This document shows, one piece after another, positions 42,858-55,896 of a DNA stretch of 64,000 nucleotides. The position numbers and the translations under genes are program-made. The stretch is from Octopus vulgaris (Eukaryota). Under the pieces are notes generated by a model that saw only the letters and a program-made list of their open reading frames with translations, did not search any database and was not told the DNA's origin. Location: the NCBI GenBank assembly GCA_951406725.2, contig OX597839.1, positions 31,682,001-31,746,000 of the forward strand, written 5' to 3'. Within the stretch, counting starts at the first letter, position 1. Every line of letters begins with the position of its first letter.

Positions 42858-43049
42858 TTTTCTTTTACTTGTTTCAGTCACTGGACTGTGGCCATACTGG
42901 GGCATTGTGGTGAAGGATTGTTGGTTGAACTAATCAACCCTAGTACGTATTTTTTTTAACGTCTGGTACTTATTCTATTGGTCTCTTTTGCCAAATTACT
43001 AAGTTACAGAATGTAAACAAACACCAGTTGTCAAGTGCTGGTGGGGGAT

Positions 43050-43089
<40 letters not shown>

Positions 43090-43212
43090 ACATGATGAGT
43101 TCCTTTCAGTTTCCATCTATCAAATCCGATCACAAGGCATTTGTCACCCCAAGGCTATAGACAAAGATGCTCGCCCAAGGTGCTGTGCAATGGGATGGAA
43201 CCCAAGGCCACA
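42858..43212 (-). mobile_element. SINE family C, head interrupted by a hammerhead element
   Basis: Tail and body match family C. The sequence switches to the hammerhead element at ~43213. Confidence 0.8.
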
Positions 43213-43257
43213 CAACCTGATGAAGGCTGGAGGGTATATCACCCGAAGCATTGTGTT
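43211..43257 (+). ncRNA. Decayed type I hammerhead ribozyme (element ~43213-43345)
   Basis: c CTGATGA a ggctg-gagggtatat-caccc GAAG c att gtgtt. The first core strand is intact; stem II has one mismatch and GAAA has become GAAG. Confidence 0.55.
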
Positions 43258-44421
43258 AACAAAAGACAAGATGAGGACAAATATCTGTCAAATGTAAATA
43301 ATGTAAATAAGGTACACAATTCCTCATCTCTTAAATATAGAACTGAAAAACTGTTTTGTGTTTTAAAAAAATGGCCAGAAATATCATGGTACAGGCAATC
43401 TGTTACATTTACTAACAATTAATTATATCTAACTTTGCAGGGTGGGTATCAGTCACATTAATAAAGAAAAAGAAAAATAGTTATTAATTTTAGCCTTTTA
43501 ATTAATTTATCATAACTAATTAGATTGGCATTCATTAGTATTAGAGAACTGTAAAAGTTTCGTTTTTTTATGGAATGGCTATTTTAAGGCTGAGAGAGAT
43601 GATAGGGGAGAGAAGTGGGGAAGAAAGAAGAAATAGTTCGAATAAAGGTTTCCATAGTTACTAATGTTGTTTAGCCCGAGGTCAGCTGAACAGTTCTATG
43701 CACAAAGATTTCATCCAATCTGATTTATTTATAACTTCATTGTCCACAGAGTCCTTCAATTTCAAAACATTATTTGAGGAGATTTAGTTGTTATTTCCAA
43801 GCAGTAAAGCAACGATGAAGATCTCATTCTATTACGACATCACGTTATGTAGGTCTGGTATTATATCTCCCTATACAGGGTAATGAGAGAGCTTCTGCAT
43901 GGTCACTGGAACTGCTAGAAATAGCAGTCAAATCTCACTCAAAATCTTTCTCCACCACATTAAAAATTGAACACATTAGATAATACAGTTCTAGATAACC
44001 TTAAAAGGATGGGATGTTTATGGGTGAAATACCTGATCATAGGTTTGCTAAATCAACCCTAACCTCAGGCTAAAAAACAAAATCATGTTGCTACGTATGC
44101 TTGGGAATAAATATTTGGTTCTTGTTTGCAGTTACCTTTTATCTTTTACTTGTTTCTGTCAATAGACTGTGACCATGCTGGGGCACCACCTTGAAAAATT
44201 TTAGTCGAATGAACGGATCCCAGTACCTATTTTTTAAAAGCCTGGTACTTATTCTGTTGATATCTTTTGCTGGGCCACTAAGTTATGGGGATATAAATAG
44301 ACCAACACTGGTTAAGTGGTAGTAGGGGACAAACACACAAACTTTTTTTCTAATCAGTTGCCATGCTTGACCGCAAAATCCACAAGTTTTTTTCTATTCT
44401 CTCTCAGTTTATTTTCTCTTC

Positions 44422-44457
44422 CTTTCTGTTGAAGAGTGTAAACTCGAAATGTAAAAG
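44422..44457 (+). ncRNA. Minimal type I hammerhead-like motif, variant core (element ~44355-44546)
   Basis: cttt CTGTTGA a GAGT-gtaa-ACTC GAAA t GTA aaag. Stem I is 4 bp and stem II is 4 bp with a GNRA loop; A6 is replaced by U. Confidence 0.7.
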
Positions 44458-44674
44458 ACTTTTTCACTTTCCCAAGCATCAAACTAATACACCTGCTTGT
44501 TGTTCATACACCTGTCTTTGTCTTTTGTTTTTCTGTAAATTTCAACTATATATATATATATATATATATAAATAAAGTTAATCCAAACAAGAAAGCACAA
44601 AAAAACACAACAACACGAGGACGTGGAACAAATATAGTATTATTGGACGCTCAGGAAAGAAGGAAAGAAGGAGG

Positions 44675-44709
44675 GTTTAACGTTTCGAGCGGAGCTCTTC
44701 GTCGGAAAC
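44675..44709 (-). ncRNA. Minimal type I hammerhead-like motif, variant core (element ~44575-44781)
   Basis: Minus strand gttt CCGACGA a GAGC-tcc-GCTC GAAAC GTT aaac. Palindromic AACGTT forms stem III (dimer type); U4 is replaced by C. Confidence 0.72.
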
Positions 44710-45444
44710 ATAGGAGAAGGAAAGATCCAGAGAAGGGAAGACAGAGGAAAAAAATCGCCAACAGTACACACGAGGTCACATTTATATATATATGTATATA
44801 TATATGACAGGCTTCTTTCAGTTTCTGTGTCCCAAATCCACTCACAAGGCTTTGGTCAGTCAGAGGCTATAGTATATGACTCTTTTCCAAAGTGCTACGC
44901 AGTGGGACTGAACCTGGAACCATATGGCTGGGAAGCCAACTTCTAACCACACGGCCACACCTGTGCCTATATTTATTTTAACAAGGCTCGAAGATAATTT
45001 CGTGGAAGGACTGCAAATAACTGAATCAGTAATTAAAGAAGAGTTGTTCCATGTTCCTCCACCACCACCGAGTAAAAACCTCTCCGGGTCAGACTAGAAA
45101 TCAGAGCCAAAGACAGGAAAATGTTTAAACCAATTCTTTCATTTTGCACTAATTTCATTGCCATTACATGCTTGTGCATATGCATGTGTATATGCATGTG
45201 TGTGCTTGTGCATGCTTGCATGTGTGTGCATATGTACATGTAGATTATAAGATAAATAGGAAGATGGACATGGAGGCATAAAAAGATAAACTGATAGAAA
45301 AAAATACACAAAGATAGATATATTCAATTAGGCAGCCTTTTTATCTTACAACTTGTACAGTACAACATATGTAGAGGAGTAGTGTGTATGTGAAACCTGT
45401 TTGAAATGACAGCTGTTGGAAAGCAGTGAGGGGAAAGAAGAGGA

Positions 45445-45476
<32 letters not shown>

Positions 45477-45760
45477 TGGCTGAGTCTTTATTCTCTTATA
45501 AGACTTCTTATGTCAACAATATGGATGAATCTCTGTTTCTAGAAGCATTTCATGAGCATCTGCAGCTTTGGCAGGTCTCTATTATGATATCACTTTCTAC
45601 AATGAAATCTAGTTAGGAGGAAAATGAAAACAAACTGAGCAACAAGTATTTTAATTAGGTTTCAAGTCTCAATCCGAAGTTCACTCGACTGATGGGAAAA
45701 GAAAAAAGAATTTCATACAATACTGTTCTTTTACAACTACATGTGTACATATCTATATAC

Positions 45761-45850
<90 letters not shown>

Positions 45851-45888
45851 CCCCAGCATGGTCACAGCTCGTGAGCTGAAACTAGATA

Positions 45889-45993
<105 letters not shown>

Positions 45994-46037
45994 GCAGCGA
46001 TGCAGATATAAATACAATTAAGCTTGAAATATACATA

Positions 46038-46370
46038 CAGGGGTTGGACAAAATAATGGAAACACCTAGCATCATAGCATCATAGTTTTGAAATATCTAT
46101 AAATCCATCAAAAGCTTGTTTATTTTTATTTTATGCTTTTTATGCTTTGATAAATTTGCTGTTTCTTTTCAGATATCACCAGAAAAAGGTAATTACAATT
46201 CATTAAAATGACAGGTCTATCGGACTTTCGAAGAGGTCAAATTGTCAGTGGTCATATGGCAAGCGCTAGCAAAACGAAACAGCCGAAATGTTTGGTGTAT
46301 CAAGAAATACCGTCTTGAACATAATGACAGCCTTTGAGAAACAGGGAAAGACCTCCTCATCGAAACAAAA
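46038..46370 (+). mobile_element. Tc1-like DNA transposon, left end with transposase N-terminus (frameshifted)
   Basis: TA followed by CAGGGGTTGGACAAAATAATGGAAACAC TIR. From ATG 46208: MTGLSDFRRGQIVSGHMASAS/TKTAEMFGVSRNTVLNIMTAFEKQGKTSS, a Tc1 paired-like HTH. Confidence 0.88.
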
Positions 46371-46589
46371 TACATATACACACAAACACACATACACATA
46401 TCAGACTCAGACTTAGGCCCTCTCATGTTTGTGTGATGCACAAAGAGACAGACAGACAGAGAGAAAGAAATCAACCCCAACATAGGACAAGGACTTTATC
46501 AACCTCCAAAAGATAAAAAGTATATTTGATGTTGGCAGTATTTGAACTCACGAGTACAGAACCACTTGATACACCACTGAATGAGGTGG

Positions 46590-46895
46590 GTGTTTATTGA
46601 GCGAAAACACCTAAAGCTCCATGAGGCTCCGGCAGGGGATGGTGGTGATCCCTGCTGTACTCTTTCACCACATCTTTCTCTCACTCTTACTTCCTGTTTC
46701 TGTTGTACCTGTATTTCAAAGGGCCGGCCTTGTCACTCTCTGTGTCACGCTGAATATCCCCGAGAACTACGTTAAGGGTGCACGTGTCTGTGGAGTGCTC
46801 AGCCACTTACACGTTAATTTCACGAGCAGGCTGTTCCGTTGATTCGGATCAACCGGAACCCTCGTCGTCGTAACCGACGGAGTGCTTCCATCCAC
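46590..46895 (+). mobile_element. Young 5'-truncated retroposon (SINE-like) with TSD
   Basis: 8-bp direct repeats tgaggtgg at 46582-46589 and 46896-46903. CpG-rich body ends gtcgtaaccgacggagtgcttcca. Confidence 0.75.
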
Positions 46896-46974
46896 TGAGG
46901 TGGATTTAGTTGACTGCAGTAGCATCATCTACAGTTTATCGGTTTTATGATAATTTAAGACATTCTCATTAGTA

Positions 46975-47023
<49 letters not shown>

Positions 47024-47634
47024 GTACTTTTAGTAAGTTTAATGCAATGTATATTTTTATAATTTATAAAATACATAACAATATGATAATATTAATTAAT
47101 GTAGTAAAAAGATAACTTGATTTCAATGATGCACACGGAAAAAAGAAAAAGAAAAAAAAGAAAAACTCAAGAGAAGAGAAAAATCAAAACAATTTTTTTT
47201 TTTTTTGAGAAATGCATGAGAATTGGTAGTTAAAGAATAACAGAAAAATGTAAACAAAATAAATTAAGATAAAAATAAAAGAAGATAAAAGAAAAACAGA
47301 AAAGTAAAAGAAAAAATGAAAAAGTAAAAAGGAGAGTAAAAATAATTAAAGAGAAAGAAAAGAAAAATGTCGAAGAAAGAGGAGAGGAAGGAGGGGGGAA
47401 AAAAGATGAAATGAGAAGAATTTACTTAAGTTTGAAAGAAACATTATTGAGATCAAAGATGACTAATGAAGTAAATAGACAGGATTTTTGTGAGGTTTTT
47501 TTTTTATGTATTTGCTGAGTCTGGAGGAAGGGGCAGAGCCCATAGCTCTTCATAATTAACTGGGGGGGGGGGGGCGTTGATGTTGTTATGGTTTTGTTTA
47601 AACTGTTGAAAATAGATATCTGCAGATAAGATAC

Positions 47635-47812
47635 AAACAGAGGGCTCCAAAGGACCAATGGTCAGAGGAGAAAGGACTGGGCCCAGTGGTTGGTGCAAGG
47701 CTGGGAGGAGAAAGATGAAGAGATGAGTGGGTCAGGTGTGGAAGCACAAGACCAGTCATCGTAGTAGGAGAGAGGCCATTATAGTAGACTGGACAGAAAG
47801 TGGCATCTTAAC
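47635..47812 (-). mobile_element. CR1-group LINE fragment
   Basis: Shares gaggccattatagta and atgagtggg with 10120-10180; minus strand gives YYNGL...TNHWAQSFL. Confidence 0.6.
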
Positions 47813-47883
47813 TTTTAAAGAATACACAAAGATGCCTGTTGCATGAGGAGCTCTAGCACACTTGATGATAAGGACTAATTCTG

Positions 47884-47915
<32 letters not shown>

Positions 47916-48472
47916 CCTAATGTCTGTTGACCATGCTGGCATGTGTTGGACAGTTTGAAAGGAGCTGGAAAAGTGGAGAGCTGCACTAGGCTCCAATCAT
48001 CTGTTCTGGTATGGTTTCTGCACTTTACAGAGTGTACTGGGTGCTTTTGACATGGCACCAGCAGGGGTGCTTTTTATGTGGCACTAGCACAGAGGAATAC
48101 ATATTCTAATTAATTAAAAGCTGAAACGATCCCTCAATTAATCATTTAAGACTTGGTTTACAGTGTTATTTCCTTCAACATTGCAATGATTCTAAGACCC
48201 AAGGGGTACCCTGGCATAAAACAGAAATACTTCCTGATAAGCAATACTTCATATTTTCCAATTAATTATTTAAATTTGGATTATTTATATTGAACTAGTC
48301 ACTGCTGGAGAAGTTCAAATGCTATACAACTTGCATTTCAACATTCCCATTTTAATAGCCAACATGGTCATACAATTAAAAGAAATATTAAAATTATGTA
48401 TTTCTCCAAGTTAACTACATCTACCATCAAATTGTATCAATTTTTATACACACATACAGAACTACATATAAT

Positions 48473-48509
<37 letters not shown>

Positions 48510-48692
48510 TTATTTCTTTTATTTGACATGGGGGCATCAGATGAGGCAGATATTACAAGGATAGTTTACAATATGTGTGAGGAGGTTTACACAAAAGAAA
48601 AGGGTAAGGAAGATAGGGGTGTGAAATGAGATAGAAATATACAGAGAACCCTATTAAAATCATTATTATTATTATTATTTTTATTATTATTA

Positions 48693-48904
48693 AGGTGTCA
48701 AGTGAGCAGAATCATTAGCACGCTAGATGAAATGCTTAGTGGTATTCGCCCATCACTATGTTCTGAGTTCAAATTCCACCAGGGTTGACTTTGCCTTTCA
48801 TCTTTCCGGGGCTGATAAATTGAGTACCAATGAAACAATGGGATCGATGGAATAGACTAGTCCTCTCACTGCAAATTTCAGGCCTTGTGCCTTTAGTAAA
48901 AGAG

Positions 48905-48949
<45 letters not shown>

Positions 48950-49158
48950 TAAAGTGGCAAGCTGGCAGAATTGTTAGTGTGCTGGATGAAATGCTTAGCA
49001 GTATTTTGCCCATCGCTACATTCTGAGTTCAAATTCTGCCAAAGTCAACTTTGCCTTTCGGGGGTCAATGAATTGAGTACCAGTTGAACACTGGGGTCGA
49101 TGTAATCAACACATACTCTCCCCCAAACATGGTTGTCTGTGTGGAAAAATTTGAAACA
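48693..49158 (+). mobile_element. Two tandem tRNA-headed SINE family B copies with (ATT)n tails
   Basis: gctggcagaat...ttctgagttcaaatt...ttgcctttcatc...ggggtcgat. Other copies at 49501-49728, 51155-51365, 51735-51950(-), 31895-32092(-) and 35470-35890(-). Confidence 0.85.
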
Positions 49159-49165
49159 ATTATTA

Positions 49166-49237
<72 letters not shown>

Positions 49238-49240
<3 letters not shown>

Positions 49241-49393
49241 ATATTTTATAGGATTGAGTAACTCCTCCAGTAGGTATACAGAAGCAAAAGAAAAGAAGAG
49301 TGCCATTGTTATAATAATGGCACTCTTCTTTTTTTTTTTTTTTTGCTTCTGTATACCTTCTGGAGGGGTTACCTCAATTCTATAAAATATTAC
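49238..49393. repeat. ~155-bp near-perfect palindrome
   Basis: Arms gtaatattttatag..gtatacagaagc..aagaagagtgccatt and its reverse complement. A third partial copy is at 49450-49477. Confidence 0.92.
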
Positions 49394-51549
49394 CAAAAAT
49401 GCACTAGACTGACAAGTTTATTTTTTGAACCTGTGGAAGGCACGCTAGATAACAATGGCACTCTTCTTATTTTTGCTATTATTATTATTATTATTATATA
49501 ATGGCAGCAAGCAGATAGAATCCCTACTGTGTCAGACAAAATGCATTTTGACTGTCTTTATGTTCCGAGTTCAAACTCAACCAAGGTCAAACTTTGCATT
49601 TCATCCTTTTCAGGGCCAATAAAATATTACCAGTTGCGTACTGTGGTGTGGAGGGGTGTTGATGTAATCGACTAACCCCTTCCCCGCCAAAAAAAATTCC
49701 AGGTCCTGTGCCTTTAATAGAAAGGGTTATTATTGTTACTTCTTTTATTTGCCACGGGGTTATCAGATGAGGAGAACGTAACAATGACAGTTTACAATTT
49801 GTGCGTGTGGTGGTGGTTGGGGGGGGTTACATAAAAGATGAAGGGAGAGAAAAGAGAGGAGGATGAAGGGAGGGAAAAGAGAGGAGGGTGAAGTGAGATA
49901 AAAGTATTCATAGTATAGTATTATAATTATTATTACTACTACTACTACTACTACTACTACTACAACTATATGTACACATATGAAATACTAATGTATGGAA
50001 AGCGAAAAATTCAATAACACTGTTTGCCTGGTGGGATTAGCTTTGCTAACAATATGTAGAGCAACATTGATAGCGACTACCATACTGATGGTAATGTAAA
50101 GAATAATGTTAGCATAAACTGAAGTCAAAACAGCAATAATCGGTGATCAATGACTGGCCATGAGAGCAGAGGAGGAGAAGCCTCAAGTAATGGAGTGCAC
50201 ACTTTAAAGATTCTACAGTGTATCCCAAAGAAAATTTGTAGCTTGTGTGTGTGTGTGTGTACAGGCGTTAGGAATTATCTCCTTTCTCACTGCCAGCCAA
50301 CATGTGCTTCGTGGTAACACATATATCCTTAGAACTACAGAGGTCATCTCCTATCTTTTATCTTTTTATTTTCTGCAGTCGTTGGACTGTGGCCATGCTG
50401 GAGCATCTCCATCTTGACGGGTCCTTAGTTGAACAAATTGACTTCAGTACTTCATTTGTTAAATCTGGTACTTATTCTATCAGGCTCTTCTATCGAACTA
50501 CTAAGTGAAGGGGACATAAACAAACCAGCACTGGTTGTCAAGTGGTGAGGAAGAGAAACACACACACACACACAAAAGTCTTCTACACAGATTCAGTTTA
50601 CCAAATTCACTCACAAGCTAGAGTACAAAGCACTTGTCCAAGCCCCTACACATTGGGATGGAACCCAAAACCAGATGGTTATAAAGCAAGATTCTTAACA
50701 ACAGTCATACCAGTAAGAAAGGCATTCCAACCATAACCATCCCATCTAGAACTACATTATGTTAGATGTGGTTTTTTTCTTTTTTTCCAGACATTAGGAT
50801 GCTTTATTTTTTTAGAAAAATTTAACTACTATTTCTAGCACGACAAGTGACTGCCTAGAGATATTCTTGAATTTAACAATAATTTGATTTTTAAGAAGCC
50901 ATGTTTCATATAAAAATGGAATTCCTTTTCATGATTGTTGTAGTTCAACTCTAGAAAATTCTTCAAGAATTACAGACACATTCCAACACATCAAGTACTT
51001 GTGTTGTGACATTTTGCACAATTTTGTGCTAATGCCAGGTAGATCACAGATGGGATCCAACAAATTAAATCTCTCATTCAAACAATAATATCTTCACTTT
51101 GTGTCCTCTGAGACTTGTTTATCATTTAATCTAGCTCGTTTTTTAATATACATCAGGTGGCCAGCTGGCAGAATCGTCAACATGCTGAGCAAGATGCTCT
51201 GCCGCATTTCATGTCTTTATGTTCTGAGTTCAAATTCTGTGAAAGTTGACTTTGCCTTTCATTTTTTCAGGGTCAATAAAACAAGTACCAGTTCTGTACT
51301 GGGGCTGATGTAATCAACTTATCCCCTCTCCAGAAAATGCTGGCCTTGTGCCAAAATTAGAAACCAATACACATAGGTGCAGGCGAGATTGCATGGTTGG
51401 GGGGGGGGGGTTGCTTTCCTGTCGTATGGTCTTGGATTTGTACCATTGTGTGGCATCTTGGGCAAGTATCTCTTTCGATAACCCTGAGCAGACTAAAGTC
51501 TTGTGAGTGAATTTGGTAGATGGAAAGTGCAAGCAGTCCACTGTGTGTG

Positions 51550-51640
<91 letters not shown>

Positions 51641-51734
51641 ATGCACTATTGTGTTGACATCGTCACCTGATGTTTGCAAAAAAGTATCACTGTCATACAG
51701 GTAAGGAAAAATATGTCTGGCTATGAGGAAATAT

Positions 51735-51950
51735 TCTTTTCTACTCTAGGCACAAGGCTTGAAATTTTTAGGGAGGTGGCCAGTCAATTAGATCGACCCC
51801 AGTACACAACTGGTACTTAATTTATCGACCTCGAAAAGATGAGAGGCAAAGTCGACCTCGGTGGAATTTAAACTCAGAACACAAAGACAGATGAAATACT
51901 GCTAAGCATTTCGCCCAGTGTGCTAACATTTCTGCCAGTTCACCACCTTG
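51735..51950 (-). mobile_element. SINE family B, well preserved
   Basis: Reverse complement of the 48693 family, inserted into another SINE-like repeat. Confidence 0.85.
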
Positions 51951-52150
51951 AGAAAATATTACCTTGTTGAAAATAGGTGAGGATTGGCAACAGGAAAAGT
52001 ATCCAGTTGTTGAAACTCTGTCTCAACAAATTCCATCTGACCCATGCAACCATGGAAAAGTGGAAGTTAAACGACAATGGTGATGATCTCCAAGAATGTA
52101 CATATCAAATATATGTCTTTTTGATTCAATAGATTTTTCAATATTTTTTA

Positions 52151-52359
52151 TAGGTGCAGGTGTTGATGTGTGGTAAGAAGCTTGCTTACCAACGAAATGG
52201 TTCTGGGTTCAGTCCCACAGCATAGCACCCTGGGGCGAGTGTCTTCTACTATACCTTAAGGCTGACCACAGCCTTGAGAATGGACTTGGTTGATGGAAAT
52301 TGAAAGCAGTCCATTGATATGTATGCATATCTATTTATCTATATGTATATCTGTATGTG

Positions 52360-52395
<36 letters not shown>

Positions 52396-52612
52396 TGACT
52401 GTCTCCCACCACTGCTTGACAACCAGTGTTGGTTTGTTTATGTCCTTGTAACTCAGTGGTTCAGAAGAAGGGACTGATAGAATAAGCATGAAGCTTTAAA
52501 AAAAAAAAAAAGTGCAGGGGTTGATTCATTTGGCTGAAAATTCCTTGAAGGTGGTGCCCCAGCATGGCCGCAGTCTAATGACTGAAACAAGCAAAAGATA
52601 AAAGATAAAAGA
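52151..52612 (+). mobile_element. SINE family C, full length
   Basis: tRNA-like head through to tail cagtctaatgactgaaacaagc(aaaagat)n. Confidence 0.85.
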
Positions 52613-52679
52613 TGTACATTCTTCTGTTTGTGTTATAACTAATTAGTTCGGTCATGAAGTCCACATACCTGCACAAACT

Positions 52680-53580
52680 GTTGATCAGGTATTTTGCAGG
52701 TGAAGGCTTTTAATAGGACTCCAGCCATTGAAGTGCTCTGCTTAACAAGCAAACGGCAAAGCCAGGCAGCATTTGAACTCATCAGAGCCGAGTGGACCAG
52801 TCGTTCAACATGTTGCTTTTATGGAAAGATTGAATTGACAATTTCTTTTGCAGCCGAGTTCAATGAAGTATTGTTGCAAGGACATAAAGAAGTAAATAGG
52901 AATTTTGGTAACCAGTGTGGCAGGGGGGAAGAAAGAGAGAGAGAGGGGAGGGAGATGAGATGGGAGAGAGAGAGAGAGAGGAAGAAAGAGAGAGAGAGAG
53001 AGAGAGTAAGGGAAATGTGATGATGCTGCTATCTGAGAGTGGAAAAATATGTCTTACAGTTTGAAGAGCTGCCTTGACAGAAGTGTGATCATCTCAAAAA
53101 CTCCAGGGAGTATTCAATATCTCCTTGAGAGAGAGGGAGGGAGGAAGAGAGAGAGAGAGAGAGAGAGAGAGCGGGGTGGGGGGTGGACAGATTATGTACG
53201 CGTGCCCTGGGAAAACAATTGGTTATTAGAAGCAAAAGCAATGTTGCATGCGAGGCAGGGTGTTGAAATATTTAAACAAATTTCTGTGATGCAACTTGAA
53301 TGGAAGAAGTGTTAAACTTTTAGATGAGGATTCACATCTTTGTAGTGTGACTGGAGTTACTGGCAGAGCAAGGAATTCCATCACAAGGATGCTGCAGAAA
53401 CAGCCCCTAAGTGGCTTCGGATAAAGAGGGCAGACCAGTTGTTTGCTGCTGTGTGAATGCAAGCTGGAACTTAATAAGTCCCAGCTGGGTCAAGTGAGTG
53501 ATCCGATGGTGGGAGAGCCAAAACCCCATCAGACTCCAGAAACATCACTGATGATGCATCCCAGGGCATCCATGAGATAT
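52680..53580 (+). mobile_element. HERO-like RLE non-LTR retrotransposon 3' portion, interrupted by (GA)n
   Basis: Peptide pieces MMLLSESGKICLT, VRVPWENN, GVTGRAR and DAAETAPKWLRIKRADQ occur in the expected order (D.VL.SE...ELTVPWE...AEKASRWLW.KR). The 3' UTR matches 24065-24230. Confidence 0.75.
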
Positions 53581-54275
53581 ATCTTAAAACTGACTCTTAA
53601 CAAAATGATCTATAAATGGAAGACTTGCCATGATGTAAAATCATATGTCTTTTCTATACCACATTAGATGTCACCTCTTTCTATTTAATCCTTCACTCTG
53701 CAGACTTGGATCATAGCCTACTAATTTCATACTGTTGAGCACTATTTAGAGGAAAATACCTTGCTAAGATTAATTAGTTAGTATGGTATGTTATGTATGT
53801 ATGTATGTATGTATGTATTTATTACAGACTATATAGGTACAGCAGGATCAAATGGAAAAGATATTTGGTTCACAGGCATGAGGTCTAAGGTTCAATCTCA
53901 CAGTGTGGAATTTAAGTCAATGAAGATGTATTTTGATAAGAAGATTCACAAGTTCAATCCCAGTCAAGTCCTGTTCTGTAGTGATGGATGACAAACCAAA
54001 ATTGGTGTCAGTGTAACTATCAAAACAAAGAACATTCTTTTCCAAAGATAATTTTCCTTCCATAACCACATCTCAAATAATGTAACTGAATTAAAATCCT
54101 GTGCATTGAACACATTGTACTAACGCGACTGAGGAAAGCATAGTAAAACTTTGATCAAAATAATTAAGTCTATGACAGATGATGCACAAACAGATGAAAG
54201 GTTGATAGAGGGACAGAGTACGTTCACTGGACCAACTCAATCGATGCTGAAAGAGGCATAAAATAAGCAGCTATA

Positions 54276-54323
<48 letters not shown>

Positions 54324-54959
54324 CGAAGTAATTTGTAAACTTTGAGCTTATAATTTTAATTTTCGTAGTACTGACCAGAAGAAGACCCCATCAATTATTA
54401 AGTAACAGTCTCTTTCAGGTTTACTAACTTCCAGTACATGTAACTTTGCCAGATTCCAACACATACACTCAGCCAACCCAGTGTTAATTCGTATATTCAC
54501 CTTATATAGACTCACCCTCAGCATAAATCACTCTTCCTCTTTAGTTGGTCAGATTCAATCTCATTCAAGTACTGAATGCCCTGAATTCATTATGATCTAG
54601 TATCATCATCATCATCATCATCATCAACGTTGTTAATGTTATCTCTTTGATAATATTAACGATGTCTTGAAAATAACTAATTACGACCATCTCGAAACCC
54701 ATTGAAGCATTTAACTTGTTTTCTAAGTTTCATGCTGACTTCATCTCTCGTTTGTGCATTACTACATCATTATATCTATTCAATTTCTTTATATACGTTT
54801 TATAGCAAAGGAGTGATTGGGAATTTGTGGTATTCATGCATTTCCATTGCTGTATTAACCCTTTTACTGTGGGAATCAGACATAGCCATTCAAAATTTCT
54901 TTACCCTTTGACTGTGAAAAGCAATTTTCTATACCAATCTATCTTTCAGTGAGGAATGT

Positions 54960-55140
54960 CATCATCATCATCATCATCATCATCGTTTAATGTCCGTTCT
55001 CCATGCTAGCATGGGTTGGACGGTTCGACCGGGGATCTGGGAAGCTAAAAGGCTGCACCAGGCTCCAGTCTTATCTGGCAATGTTTCTACAGCTGGATGC
55101 CCTTCCTAACGCCAACCACTCTGTGAGTGTAGTGGGTGCT
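54960..55140 (-). mobile_element. RTE 3' UTR-type retroposon
   Basis: Near-identical to 25970-26148, with a (GAT)n tail. Further copies at 47886-48090(-) and 58195-58442(-). Confidence 0.85.
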
Positions 55141-55251
55141 TTGAAACTATTTTCTTTTGGGACTTGCACTGACTTGCAGACAACACCAATTCTACTTTTT
55201 GGTAAATATTTAACATCATCATTGGAACAACCATGAAATTCAATTTTGCAA

Positions 55252-55481
55252 TTAACCTTTTCCTTACTGTATTTATTTTGAGATGCTCTGCGTTTCATTC
55301 AATTGATTTTAAACATAACAAAGAATTTAGTAAAATAACTTAGTTATCATTAAGCTAGTGTTGGGAACATAAATTGTGACCAAGGTTTGGTGGAAGATTT
55401 TAATTCAGAACTTTTGAAAACAAGACATTTGTACTACAGAGCCAGAGGCGGTTTTGGCCGGGTTGGTATCAAAAGGATTAA
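55252..55481 (-). mobile_element. piggyBac-like MITE
   Basis: Bounded by TTAA at both ends (ttaacctttt...aaaaggattaa); related to the 39789 copy. Confidence 0.72.
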
Positions 55482-55639
55482 AGAGTTAATACAAATTAAA
55501 CAGATAAAGCAGCAGGTTACATGGTAGAGCTCTCTTACAAGCTTTGTTAGAACAACTGTATTATCCATCTTGAATAGGTCACACCTTATTAACAAAGTGT
55601 TTTTCCTGAGAACCTATTTTACTGAATGAATGTTATTAA

Positions 55640-55896
55640 GCAGGGAGTGTGGTCAGTCCACATTACTCTGTAGGGAGCACAGGGCTGGTTTCCCAGTTTC
55701 TCCAGCATATATATTCCTTCCCAGAGAAGACCCCTGCTGATCACATGATTACTCATTTTTACCAGCTGAATGGGCTGGATCAAAGTGAAATGAAGGGCTT
55801 TGCTCAAGAACACAATGCATCACCCAGTCCAGGAATTGAAACTGTAATCTTACAGTCACGAGTCCAACACTCTAACCACTAAGCCATGTGCCTCCA
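55640..55896 (-). mobile_element. tRNA-derived SINE (fourth family)
   Basis: Minus-strand head tggaggcacaTGGCTTAGTGGttagag...GTTTCAATTCCtgg...gtgttcttgagcaaag carries Pol III A and B boxes. Confidence 0.75.

Larger units (their letters stand above)
44139..44968 (-). mobile_element. SINE family C split by two hammerhead-bearing elements
   Basis: SINE tail and body at 44139-44340 and SINE head at ~44800-44968 are collinear. The insert occupies the SINE's internal microsatellite. Confidence 0.8.

Noticed and set aside
55830-55896. tRNA gene
   Set aside because: A and B boxes are present but there is no cloverleaf, and it continues into a SINE body. The same holds for the other SINE heads.
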